A DNA stretch of 60,103 bases, the filler included. It is 8 parts of 8 records of this genome, joined end to end, with 100 filler letters (N's around TTAATTAATTAA, not from the genome) between each part and the next. Parts side by side here need not be neighbours in the genome. Positions count along the whole stretch, not along the records: positions 44,705 to 52,174 come from SRR31147125_16319; positions 52,275 to 60,103 come from SRR31147125_16328; 6 more parts are not named here. One strand, 5' to 3'. This document shows positions 50,723 to 60,103 of the stretch, piece after piece; positions within the stretch are counted from its first letter, which is position 1, and every line of letters begins with the position of its first letter. The notes beneath the pieces are model-generated. The model had not been told where the DNA came from. It was given only the letters and a program-made list of their open reading frames with translations, and made no database searches. A program made the position numbers and the translations under genes.

Positions 50723-52174
50723 CGTTTGGGACTCAATTTAGCGACCGGGAGTATCATTTCGTCCATGGAGATACCACCATGCTGGAATGTCCCGGGATAT
50801 ATTTTTTCATATTTTTTCATATTATTCGGATAAAGAAAAAAGTAATCATCTTTAGCAAAAATATACGTACCGGTTAGATGCGTTTGCGGTAAACGATAAC
50901 GTGCCGTTTCTTTAACGTATACTGCCGACTTGCTTGAAACTACCAGATTCCTACCGGTTTTATAACGCACGCTGTCTGTAGAATCTCGATCGGCTTTGAC
51001 CATGGCGCCCTTGCCAACACGTATGCTACCGTGATCAGACGTGATCACAACTTCATAACCGGCATCTCCTGCCAGCTCGATAATACGACGCAGATAGGAG
51101 CCTTCCATCCAATTGCGCACCACATTTCGATAACCGGCTTCATCCGGAACGATCTCCATCAGGACATCAGATGTTGAACGTTTGTGTGCTAAAATATCTA
51201 CAAAGTTGGCCACCAGAACGATCAGATCGTTATTCTTGATATCCGAGAAACGCTTGGCAAGATTGTCACCGAATTTTGAATCCGAAACCTTGTGAAAGGA
51301 ATGGCCGTTCTTAAGATGCAGCCCTTCTTTTTTCAGATAATCCGTTATGAGTTTATCTTCATAGCGATTCATACTTTCTTCGCTATCGGGATGCGCATAG
51401 ACATCGGGGTACTTGACGTTGATCGCATCAGGATACATTCCGGCAAAGATCGCATTGCGACTATAGGGCGTTGCCGTAGGCAAAATACTTAAATGTGCAT
51501 CCAGTTCAATATCGAACTGACTATAGAAAAGCGGAGCCACAGCTAACCAATGGTCATAACGCAAACAATCTATCAATACAAAGAGCGTTTTCTTTTTGTT
51601 TTTTAGTAAAGGTGCTACATAGCGATCAAGCACTTGTGGTGACATTGGGATTTCGGGAGCTTGTTTGATCCATTCGGTATAGTTATTGGTAACCAGACGT
51701 TGAAATTCTTTATTGGCTGATTCTTGAATTTCATTAAGAAAATGTTCCAGATCGTATTGAGTGTTTTTTGCAAACTCTATCTGCCAATAAGCAATTCTGT
51801 CATGAATTTGTGTCCAGCGATCCAATGATTTTATACCATCGAAAAACTCCATGGTAACTTTTTGGTAGAAAGACATAAACTCTCTGGCTTTTGCTTCACG
51901 AGAAATATCTGCAGAATCCAGATTCTTTTTCAAGGAAAGTAAAACCTGAGATGGATTGATAGGTTTTGTCAGGTAATCGGAGATCTCCTTCCCGATTGCA
52001 TCTTCCATCAGAGATTCTTCTTCATTCTTGGTGATCATGATAGCAGGCATTCCCGGACGCATTTCGCGGATCTTTTCAAGAACAGCAAGTCCGTCCAATC
52101 CATCCATCATTTCATCAAGTAAGGCAACTGAAACATATTCGTGCTTGATGATCTCCAAAGCATCCACGCCATTG
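50719..52174 (-). CDS. porX: PorX-like response regulator / PglZ alkaline-phosphatase domain protein (5' truncated)
   Basis: REC (LLDEMM, MITKNEEE, YLTKP); IDCLRYDHW, ILPTATPYSRNAIFAG, TSDHG, FQHGGIS. Confidence 0.88.
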
Positions 52175-52274
52175 NNNNNNNNNNNNNNNNNNNNNNNNNN
52201 NNNNNNNNNNNNNNNNNNTTAATTAATTAANNNNNNNNNNNNNNNNNNNNNNNNNNNNNNNNNNNNNNNNNNNN

Positions 52275-53028
52275 GAGGGCTTCTGAAAAATGGAACACCG
52301 GGATCTGGTTTTGGGGATGGCACCGGATTTCCAGGTTCAGATGGCACATGGCGCAGGCCGTGACCATGCATTCCGCCCCGGATCCAATGGCCCCTTTCAT
52401 GATCCGGTTCACAAGATTCGCCGCAATCCGGGGCCGGCCCACAGAGAGGAAGGTACCGCAGCAGGTGCCGGAATAGGCCCAGGGCAAAGGCTCCCCGCCC
52501 AGGGCTGCCATGGTTTTTTCAATGAGGCCCCGGTGGGATTTTGCCTTTCTCATCATGGGGGGCCTGGCCAGCATGCACCCGTAGTAGGGCGCGATTTTCA
52601 ATCCCCTTAACCGGCCTTTTAAGGCCTTGAAAAGCCCTGCTTCCCCCATGGCCGCCAGCAGTTCGAAAAAGGGCAGCAGTTCAAGGTCCGGGTTGTAGGG
52701 CCGGTTGAAATGGTCTTCCAATATCTTTTTTATCCGGGTGGGCGTTCAGCTCGATTTTGGCCTGGCTCAGCCTAAGAAAACACCCCGGGCATGCCACCAG
52801 GACCGGACGGCCTTCAGGGGCCAGAAAAAGGTTCCGGGCGGCCAGGGCCAGGGCCAGGTCCGAGTCTATGCTGTGGGCCGAGGAGGAGCCGCAGCAGTTC
52901 CAGTCCCCGATCTCCTCCAGCCGGATACCGAAGTCCGCCAGAAAGGATATCAGGGAGCCATTGTTTTCCTTGGCCGTTGTGGCAAGGGAGCAGCCCGGAA
53001 AATAGCTCAATGTTTTATCTATCATCAT
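52275..53028 (-). CDS. hdrB: Heterodisulfide reductase subunit B-like (CCG domains), frameshift near 52730, 3' truncated
   Basis: YFPGCSL, WNCCGS, ACPGC; PYYGC, TCCG, TACAMCHLNL. Confidence 0.88.
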
Positions 53029-53576
53029 AAGTCTCCCGATTTTTTGAACAGGGCCCGGATCCCTTTTCTGTCCTTTATCCTGGAGGGCATGAGGTCCAGC
53101 TTCCGTTTGGAGAGCATCTTCAGGCCCAGGTCAATGTCCGAAAAGAAATCTTTTTCCGACAATTTATGCCGCATCATGATTTCAAGCTTGTGGGTCCGGC
53201 CGTGCCGCTCAATGGAATCAATCACCTTATTATGAAAGGCCAGAATTCCGGGTTCGGCGATTTTTACCTTTTCCCTTACGGCTATCCGGCGGAGGGCGTC
53301 CATGATGGCAGCCATGTCCACGGCATTGGGGCATTCCATGGAACAGGTATGGCAGCCCACGCAGAGCCAGATGGTGGCGCAGCCCAGGACCTCTTTCTGT
53401 AGCCCGAACTGGACCATCCGTATCACCCCATTGGGCGGCACATCCATCTCCTGTGAAAAGGGGCATCCCCCGGTGCAGCACAGGCAGTGCCAGCACCGCC
53501 TCAGATTGGATTGGCTCAGGTCTTCCACCTCTTCAATAAAGGTATGGGGCCTTTCGATGATTCTGTCGGATGCCAT
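53025..53576 (-). CDS. hdrC: Heterodisulfide reductase subunit C-like ferredoxin
   Basis: CWHCLCCTGGCP and IWLCVGCHTCSMECP. Confidence 0.88.
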   Translation of the reverse strand: MASDRIIERPHTFIEEVEDLSQSNLRRCWHCLCCTGGCPFSQEMDVPPNGVIRMVQFGLQKEVLGCATIWLCVGCHTCSMECPNAVDMAAIMDALRRIAVREKVKIAEPGILAFHNKVIDSIERHGRTHKLEIMMRHKLSEKDFFSDIDLGLKMLSKRKLDLMPSRIKDRKGIRALFKKSGDL

Positions 53577-53655
53577 GGCGCCCTCCTTTTATGCATCGTT
53601 TCCATTTATTTTTCCGGGTATGGCCCCAGTCTAATGGGAGAATCTGAAAATGTCC

Positions 53656-53669
53656 TTGACTTAGATCAA
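53656..53669. promoter_or_regulatory. Crp/Fnr-type box TTGAC-N4-ATCAA upstream of hdrC
   Basis: TTGACTTAGATCAA is one mismatch from the FNR consensus TTGAT-N4-ATCAA, 80 nt upstream of hdrC. Confidence 0.6.
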
Positions 53670-53819
53670 TGAAGATGCCGCCGCCGGCCTGGAAAGGGTT
53701 CTGTTTCTTGACCCGTCCAACCCCTTTTGATAAGTGTTGGCGGAATAATTATAAAAATACAGGCAGGGCCTGGTTTCGTCAACGCTTACCACTTCATTCT
53801 GTATGAATCAGGGGGGATT

Positions 53820-55597
53820 ATGAGCCGGCTGTGGACATATGAAAACTATGTCGACCTTCTTTCACATGAGAACAATCTTGTCAGGCAATGGGCTTTTGAT
53901 GCCATTGAAAAACAATATCCGAACAGGTATACAGATGGGGTCAGCAGTCTGGTTTCAGATCCGGACAGCCACCTGGCATGCGCCGCCCCCCGGTATCTTG
54001 GCAGACACAATGCCGTTCAGCATGGACCGGCTATCCTGGAAAGCTTTAGGTCCGGGACAGGGAACATCCCGTCCAATTGCATGCTTGCCCTGGCAAAAAT
54101 GAAATACGAGCCGGCCCTGGAAACGGTCATGGCCTCCTTATCAAGTGATATCAATGGGGATTCCCTGTATGGGGTTTTCAACTACCTGGGAAGTGTTCAC
54201 CATGAAACCGGAAGAGAGACCCTGACGGCCGCCGCAAAGCAGATTAAAGACCCTGGGCTCCAGGGAAATGCCATTTTAAATCTGCTGGGGCACAACCGGC
54301 CGGAAGATATTCCCCTGGTTTTAGGCGAGATACTGAAGTCCGGTGCAAAAGGAATCGCTTCATCTTTAATGGAAGCACTTGCAGATTTCTGGAACGCCAG
54401 GGCGTATTTTAAGGATATTTCAGGAAATTATGAGGGTAAAAGCCTGGGCCAAGACCCCGGGGAAGTATTCACCAATGTGCTGGAGCGCAATTCCCATATA
54501 ATAATACCCCCTGATGAACTTGATAATTTCATAACGCTTTTTGAAAAGAAACAATATCATAATGCTGTTACGGCGATAATGTTTGGCGTTCAAAAGACCA
54601 TCCGGAAAAGATACCCTGGGAATCAACCCAGTGAAGAGAGCCGGGATCTTTTTCACAAGGATGCCATGGCCGGATCTTTATTGGAAGCCTTATCAAAAAA
54701 GGCCTCTGTATGGAAAAAGATGAAGACATCCCGTGACTCCGGATTGGAAAAGCTGATTTATCTGGCATTGGCTGTCTACTTTTCGGTAATTGAGCGCGGG
54801 GTCTATTTAAAGGCATTGTCTTCCCAGGCCCGGATAAAGGATCTCATCGGCGCAATACAAAGGTCCGGCCCCAGGTTCCCTGAAAAACTGGAAGAAAAAA
54901 TTATCGGCCTTGCCCCTGTCCGGGAGCTGAAATCCGCACTTTCAGAAGAATTGGACACCTGGGGGGATATCCGGACCATAAAAATCATGGGGCGGATAGG
55001 AAGCAAGGATTTTGTTCCTGATCTGCTCCGTGTCCTGAAAGAGGCAGACAGCCTGGATTATATATATGAAGAGGCTGTAAATGCCTTGAGGTCCTTAGAC
55101 GAATCTGCAGACGGATTGATCCTGAGTGCCGCCAAAAATAACGAGCTGGGGGATTGGGACCTCTTTTTTATTCTTGAACATCTGCCCTATCCTGAGTCCT
55201 TTGACCTGGTGTCTGAAAAATGGAGGGATGAGAAGAATGAAATGAGTTCCTATGAAACCTTTGCCCATTGCCTCAGGGGGATCGGTGATAAGAGAGGGAT
55301 AAAGGCGCTGCAGGAGATCTACAATAACCATAATGACGCCGGTTATATCGGGGACCCTTTGGAATGCCTCTGCCGCCTTCACGGCGTTGAGATCCCCGAG
55401 CTTCCGGTCATTGGTAAAAACAGGGAGGAAGAGAAAAAACGCAGGGAATTACGGGAAAAAGAGCTTGATGAACTTTTTCGGGGAAAAACACGGGGCCGGC
55501 AGCGCCCTATCAACGGGAAACCAGAAAAGTAGGAAGAAACGAACCCTGCCCCTGCGGAAGCGGCAAAAAGTATAAGAAATGCTGTATGAATACGTGA
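53820..55597 (+). CDS. HEAT-repeat protein with C-terminal SEC-C motif, frameshift near 55475
   Basis: HEAT-like helices; the shifted frame gives [20 protein letters not shown]. Confidence 0.82.
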
Positions 55598-55730
55598 TAG
55601 GGAGGCTATGAATGGCGTCCGTCCGGGTAATTCCATTGGGGATGCCCAGGCTATTATTATTCAGAATTTAAGGGTAATATCCATGCAATGCCGGAACTCG
55701 GTGCTTCAGTTCCTTTAAAGGGAGGCTGTT

Positions 55731-57325
55731 ATGGGATCGAATGGGCGCGAAATGCCTTTGGCCAGGGTGGCGGGCAGTTATATCCTAAGGTTTTTTTGTT
55801 GTATATCCTTTTTTATTTTTCCAGGAGGGGGCGAATCTGAAGAGATTTTTGATCCGGGGTCTTTTTCCGTAAAGGGGAGGACCCTTGCCCTTATCCCTGC
55901 CGACCTGGACGGCACCGCACCTGCGGAAATCATTGTTGTCAGGAGGACCGGTGTATATCCAGGTGAACAGCGGTGGATCACCATCTTTCGTGCAGACGCC
56001 CAGATGGACTATGGACCGGCCCCATGGCAGGATTGGGCTGTGGATAAGGATGCCACCATGTTCGAGGTGGGAGATGTATCCCCATCCCCGGGGAAGGAGA
56101 TTTTTTTTCTTACCCCAAAGGGGATCCGTTTTTATGCAAGGGAAAAAGACGGCTTTTTTAATACCGCTTCCCGTCTGCTTTTGAGTATGGATACGGCAAC
56201 GGTATTTCCCGCCCCGGGCTTTCTGCCAAGATCCAGGCTTTTGTCGGACTGGGGCCGTAACGGACAAAAGATGATGCTGGTCCCAAGGTTTGGGTCCTTT
56301 TCCCTTTTTAAAAGGAACCAAAACGGGGTGTGGTCGGCTTCCCATGAGATTTTTACCAGACCCAGGACATTCCTCTACGGAGACCAGGAGGATGACGGTA
56401 TCTTAAAAACCTTTTCCTTGAGGATGGATTACCGCATGCCCAGGGTGTTTTCCAGGGATTTTAACGGTGACGGCCGGGCGGACCTTGTGCTGACTGAGCA
56501 GGAGTCGGTCTTTGTCTATCTCCAGACCCGGGAGGGGCATTTTGCCCCAAAGCCTTCGGTTTCCGTTCAACTGCCGGGCCGGGATTCGGTTAAGGGGCCT
56601 GACTGGAATCATTATTTTCTGGCCATCCCGGTGGAGATCAATAAAGACGGGTATTCGGATATGATACTGACCCTTGCCCAGAGTGCCGGCGGTTTTTTAG
56701 AGCGAAAGGTGGAGGTCTTTATTTTTCTCAACCAAGGGGTGCTATCCAGGCCTTTTTCCGACTGTCCGGACCAGACCATCACCTTTTCCGGGATCACGCC
56801 CGGGGTCTTTCTGGCTGATGTGAACAAAGACGGCCTTCAGGACATCCTCTTCCCGGGCATTGAACTGGGCTTTTGGAATACGGTGAAAAGCCTTATTTCA
56901 AAATCGGCGGATCTGCATACCGCAGTCTATTTGTTTCAAGAGAATCACAGGTTTTCCCGGGATCCTGATTTCTATGCGGAAACGGCGTATAGATTGGACC
57001 TGACCCACGGGGTCCGGTTTAATGGGATCTGGCCGAGCCTGGAGGGTGATTTTGACGCAGACGGGTATCCGGACCTTTTGATTGCACGGGATGGAAAGAT
57101 CAGGATTTACCAGACCCGCCGGGACAGGGGCTTTTTTCACAGGCGTTCGAACAGGCCGGTGTGGTCACCTGTCCTTTCAAGCATGTATTTGACCTTAACG
57201 GGGACGGCCTGGATGATCTTATCCTGTATGAAAAAAAGACAGACGGACAAGTTTCCATCCTGATCAACAAGGGGGCCCAAAAAGAGATCTCTTATCCTAA
57301 AATTCCGGATCAATTCGAACACTAA
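55731..57325 (+). CDS. FG-GAP/VCBS repeat secreted protein, frameshift near 57135
   Basis: DLDGT, DFNGDGRADL, DVNKDGLQDI, DFDADGYPDL; shifted frame DLNGDGLDDL. Confidence 0.82.
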
Positions 57326-57339
57326 AAAAGGACACTCAT

Positions 57340-58376
57340 ATGAAGGTCATCGGAATCTCTGCCATTGCCGCGTTTCTTTTCCTTGCAGGGGGCTGGGTGC
57401 TGGTTGACTCATGGACCCGCACCCCCTACGGTAAACTGAATCCAAAAATCGCCGTACTTTTAAAATACATTTCCATCAGGGGGATTGACCTGTTCGAACC
57501 GGGGAATTCCATTGAGGATGCCCGGGCCGTTTCAGCCAAAGGGGGCAGGATACTCCGGGCCGCTCCCATCCCAATAAAACATATTGCCGACAGGCGCATC
57601 CCTGGGCCTGGAGGCCCCATCCACATCCGGGTGTACAATAATGGAGGCGAGGGCAGCCTTCCCGTTATCGTTTACTGCCACGGCGGCGGTTGGGTGCTCG
57701 GCAGCCTGGACAGCCATGACAATATCTGCCGGGCCATTGCCAAAAAGGCCGGTGCCCTTGTCATTTCCGTGGATTACCGCCTGGCCCCTGAGGCCCCTTA
57801 TCCTGCAGCCGTTGAAGACATGTATGCCGTATTGGTATGGACGCGGGAGAATGCCGCCGGTTTGGGCGCAGATCCCGACAGGATCATTCTGGCCGGGGAC
57901 AGCGCCGGGGGCAACCTGGCCGCAGTCGTCTCCATTGAAGCCCGGCGGCTGAACGGGCCGCCCATTGCAGGTCAAATCCTCATCTATCCGGTGACGGACC
58001 TGTCCGGGTTTAACACAGGGTCCCATCATGACTTTGCCAAAGGTTATTACCTGACCGGCGCCTATATGGAAAAGTTCAGGGCGTTTTATGTGCCCAGGCC
58101 CCAGGACCGGCTTAATCCCAGGGTTTCCCCCTTCTGGCAACCGATTTGGACAACCTGCCCCCGGCCATGGTGGTGACGGCCCAGTTCGATATCCTCAGGG
58201 ATGAAGGAGAAGCCTATGCCGGGCGCTTGAAAGCGGCCGGGGTCCGGGTCAGGCATATCCGGGTCAACGGGGTGATTCACGGTTTTTTAAACATGGACCG
58301 CATCCTGTCCTGCACCGATGATCTTTTCACCCAGATGGCCTCTTTTATCCGTGACATTGGGCCAACACCTTCCTGA
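57340..58376 (+). CDS. HSL-family alpha/beta hydrolase (esterase), frameshift near 58130
   Basis: HGGGW, GDSAGG, then DILRDEG...HGF in the shifted frame. Confidence 0.9.
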
Positions 58377-58549
58377 TAGCCCCTTTGACCCGGCCGGGCA
58401 TGGCCAATCCCAGGGGCCGCCCCGGCCCTTCCGTTCATGTCTATCCTGTGGATACCGTATTTCGGTTTGATTTCAGGCGCTGACTCGTTTAAAACTCTAT
58501 ACCGTAGTCTCGGGTTTAAAATGGTATATTTTAAAATGGGACAGAGTTT

Positions 58550-59158
58550 ATGAACCCTTCGGCCTTTGATCACATGCGCGGCATCCTGGAAGAATATGCC
58601 CCCATTCCATTGCCCCAGTGGGAAAAACTCAAAGCCTGCCTGAAACCCCTTGAAATTGACCGGAACGGGTATTTCCTCATCCAGGGGGATGAACCGGACC
58701 GGTTCGCTTTTATCCTGTCGGGAATTTTCAGGGTCTTCTGCCTTACGGAAAGCGGGGATGAAAAAACCCTGGCCTTCAGGACAAAGGGCCAGTTCCTTGC
58801 CGCCTTCACCCCCTTTATTGAAAAAAGAGAAGCCTGGTATTCCATCCAGGCCTTAACCCCAGGAACCCTTGTCTACCTTCATTTTAAAGATTATGTCAGG
58901 CTCTCCCGGGCCCATCCCTGCTGGGAAAAGCTGGTCAAGGAATATATTCTCCGCCTCTTTATTGAAAAAGAGGCCCGTGAAAAATCTTTTCTCACCGAAA
59001 ACGCAAGAACCCGCTACCTGGGGTTCCGGCGCCAGTATCCGGACCTTGAAAAAGAGATTCATAATTTTCATATCGCCTCTTATCTGGGCATCTCCCCGGT
59101 CAGCCTGAGCCGGATCCGGGGAGAGCTTAAAAAAATCCCGTCAATTAACATAGGTTAA
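58550..59158 (+). CDS. Crp/Fnr family transcriptional regulator
   Basis: cNMP-binding region; HIASYLGISPVSLSRIR HTH. Confidence 0.9.
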   Translation: MNPSAFDHMRGILEEYAPIPLPQWEKLKACLKPLEIDRNGYFLIQGDEPDRFAFILSGIFRVFCLTESGDEKTLAFRTKGQFLAAFTPFIEKREAWYSIQALTPGTLVYLHFKDYVRLSRAHPCWEKLVKEYILRLFIEKEAREKSFLTENARTRYLGFRRQYPDLEKEIHNFHIASYLGISPVSLSRIRGELKKIPSINIG

Positions 59159-59160
59159 TT
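59143..59160. promoter_or_regulatory. Palindrome AATTAAC-N4-GTTAATT at the 3' end of the crp gene, candidate operator for the downstream gene
   Basis: Perfect 7-bp inverted repeat with a 4-nt spacer, 77 nt before the next ATG. Confidence 0.6.
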
Positions 59161-59236
59161 ACAATCCCCTTGTTTCATTCCATTCTCAGAATAAAGAGAA
59201 CCTGAGATCAGCCATTCAATTTCAAGGGGGAGGGGG

Positions 59237-60103
59237 ATGAAAACCGCATTTGTCACCGGCGCCACCGGATTTCTCGGCTTAAATCTGATTCAACAGCTCC
59301 AGGAAAAAAACTGGGAGATCACCGCCTTTCACCTGCCGGGTGAAAATCTAAACTACCTGTCCAGATTTGATGTCAGAACGGTGTCCGGGAATATTCTGGA
59401 CCCGGCCTCCCTGAAAAAGGCCGTGCCCAAGTATCCTAATGCGGTCTTTCACCTGGCCGGAGACACCAGCATGTGGGATAAAAACAGGGACCGCCAATAC
59501 CGGGTGAATGTGACCGGTACGGCCAATGTCTGTGCCGCAGCCCTGGAGAAAAACGCCGAACGGTTCATTCACACTTCTTCCAGTTCCGCTTACGGATACC
59601 ATAAGACCCCGTTAACAGAGTCCACCCCGTCCAATGCCCTGAACTGCGGGATGAACTATAACCGGACCAAATATCTTGCCGAAAAGGAGGTCCGGAAGCA
59701 TATCGATGCCGGCCTTTTTGCCGTGATCCTGAATCCCTGCAATATTATCGGCCCCTTTGACCCGGGCAACTGGTCCCAGCTCATCATAAACACCTGCCGG
59801 AACAAGGTGCCGGGGTATCCTCCGGGCACCGGTACATTCGCCCATGTCAGGGATATTGCCCTGGCCCACATTTCGGCCGTTGAAAAGGGGGAAAAGGGAG
59901 GAAACTATCTGCTGGGCGGGGTTCAGGCCGGTTTTAAATCGGTCATGGATGAGATCATCAAGGTGACCGGGGCCGATATCCGGCTAAAGCAGATCTCCAG
60001 GGCCAAATTGAAAGGGGTCATGTATCTTTCCCGGTTTACCTCCTTTTTCAGCGGGCGGGAACCTTTGATGACCTTTCCCAAATACAGGCGGCTGACCGGG
60101 ACC
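59237..60103 (+). CDS. NAD-dependent epimerase/dehydratase (dihydroflavonol reductase/HpnA-like SDR), runs off the window
   Basis: MKTAFVTGATGFLG, VFHLAG, HTSS, YNRTK; absent from the ORF track because no stop is in the window. Confidence 0.9.
   Translation, partial: MKTAFVTGATGFLGLNLIQQLQEKNWEITAFHLPGENLNYLSRFDVRTVSGNILDPASLKKAVPKYPNAVFHLAGDTSMWDKNRDRQYRVNVTGTANVCAAALEKNAERFIHTSSSSAYGYHKTPLTESTPSNALNCGMNYNRTKYLAEKEVRKHIDAGLFAVILNPCNIIGPFDPGNWSQLIINTCRNKVPGYPPGTGTFAHVRDIALAHISAVEKGEKGGNYLLGGVQAGFKSVMDEIIKVTGADIRLKQISRAKLKGVMYLSRFTSFFSGREPLMTFPKYRRLTGT

Noticed and set aside
8595-52274. Recurring TTAATTAATTAA within N runs as a biological repeat; cross-spacer gene associations such as the two tsaB genes
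   Set aside because: Artificial contig linkers; flanking sequences come from different organisms
20738-58376. Frameshifts in yihY, pssA, ttcA, dacB, GH123-like, hdrB, SEC-C, FG-GAP and esterase genes as programmed recoding, phase variation or pseudogenes
   Set aside because: Mostly single-base indels in short homopolymers, spread over unrelated contigs and including housekeeping genes; best explained as sequencing error
1-60103. CRISPR arrays, tRNA or rRNA genes, transposases, Sec/Pyl read-through, and the many antisense or overlapping ORFs
   Set aside because: No regularly spaced repeats or RNA-gene signatures seen; gene breaks are frameshifts rather than in-frame stops; shadow ORFs overlap well-supported genes

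Overview
The window is not one locus. It joins eight unrelated contigs with 100-nt N spacers containing TTAATTAATTAA, so gene neighbourhoods only mean something within a contig; taxonomic labels below are inference from gene content and composition. (1) 1-8594: AT-rich Firmicutes-type conjugation module with a serine resolvase, VirD4 coupling protein, Xre repressor, two pilin-like genes, VirB6-like, PrgI-like and VirB4 genes, plus a repeated intergenic structured element. (2) 8695-14045: lipoproteins, a TPR/DUF2723-like protein and a radical SAM-methyltransferase fusion. (3) 14146-23925: Desulfobulbales-like zapB-zapA-6S RNA-rny, NUDIX, LysM transglycosylase, moaE, yihY and a histidine kinase. 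(4) 24026-29859: Desulfobacterales-like lon, tsaB, pssA, greA, rpoZ, ttcA, folE2 and dacB. (5) 29960-37447: FCB-group (KSB1/Calditrichota-like) TonB receptor, T9SS-CTD protein and PorV triad. (6) 37548-44604: Bacteroidota SusC/SusD PUL with two GH123-like genes. (7) 44705-52174: FCB-like degV, plsY, mutT, an LppC-like protein, surE, rimI, tsaB, tsaE and porX. (8) 52275-60103: Desulfobacterales-like hdrBC, HEAT/SEC-C, FG-GAP, esterase, Crp and epimerase genes. Many genes are split by indels, mostly single-base ones in homopolymer runs and probably sequencing errors. Best leads: the repeated three-way-junction/palindromic element in the conjugative module, the TBDR-CTD-PorV triad, a dense D-(S/T)-hydrophobic sequon insert in the LppC-like protein, and a clamp-motif-like tail on ZapB.
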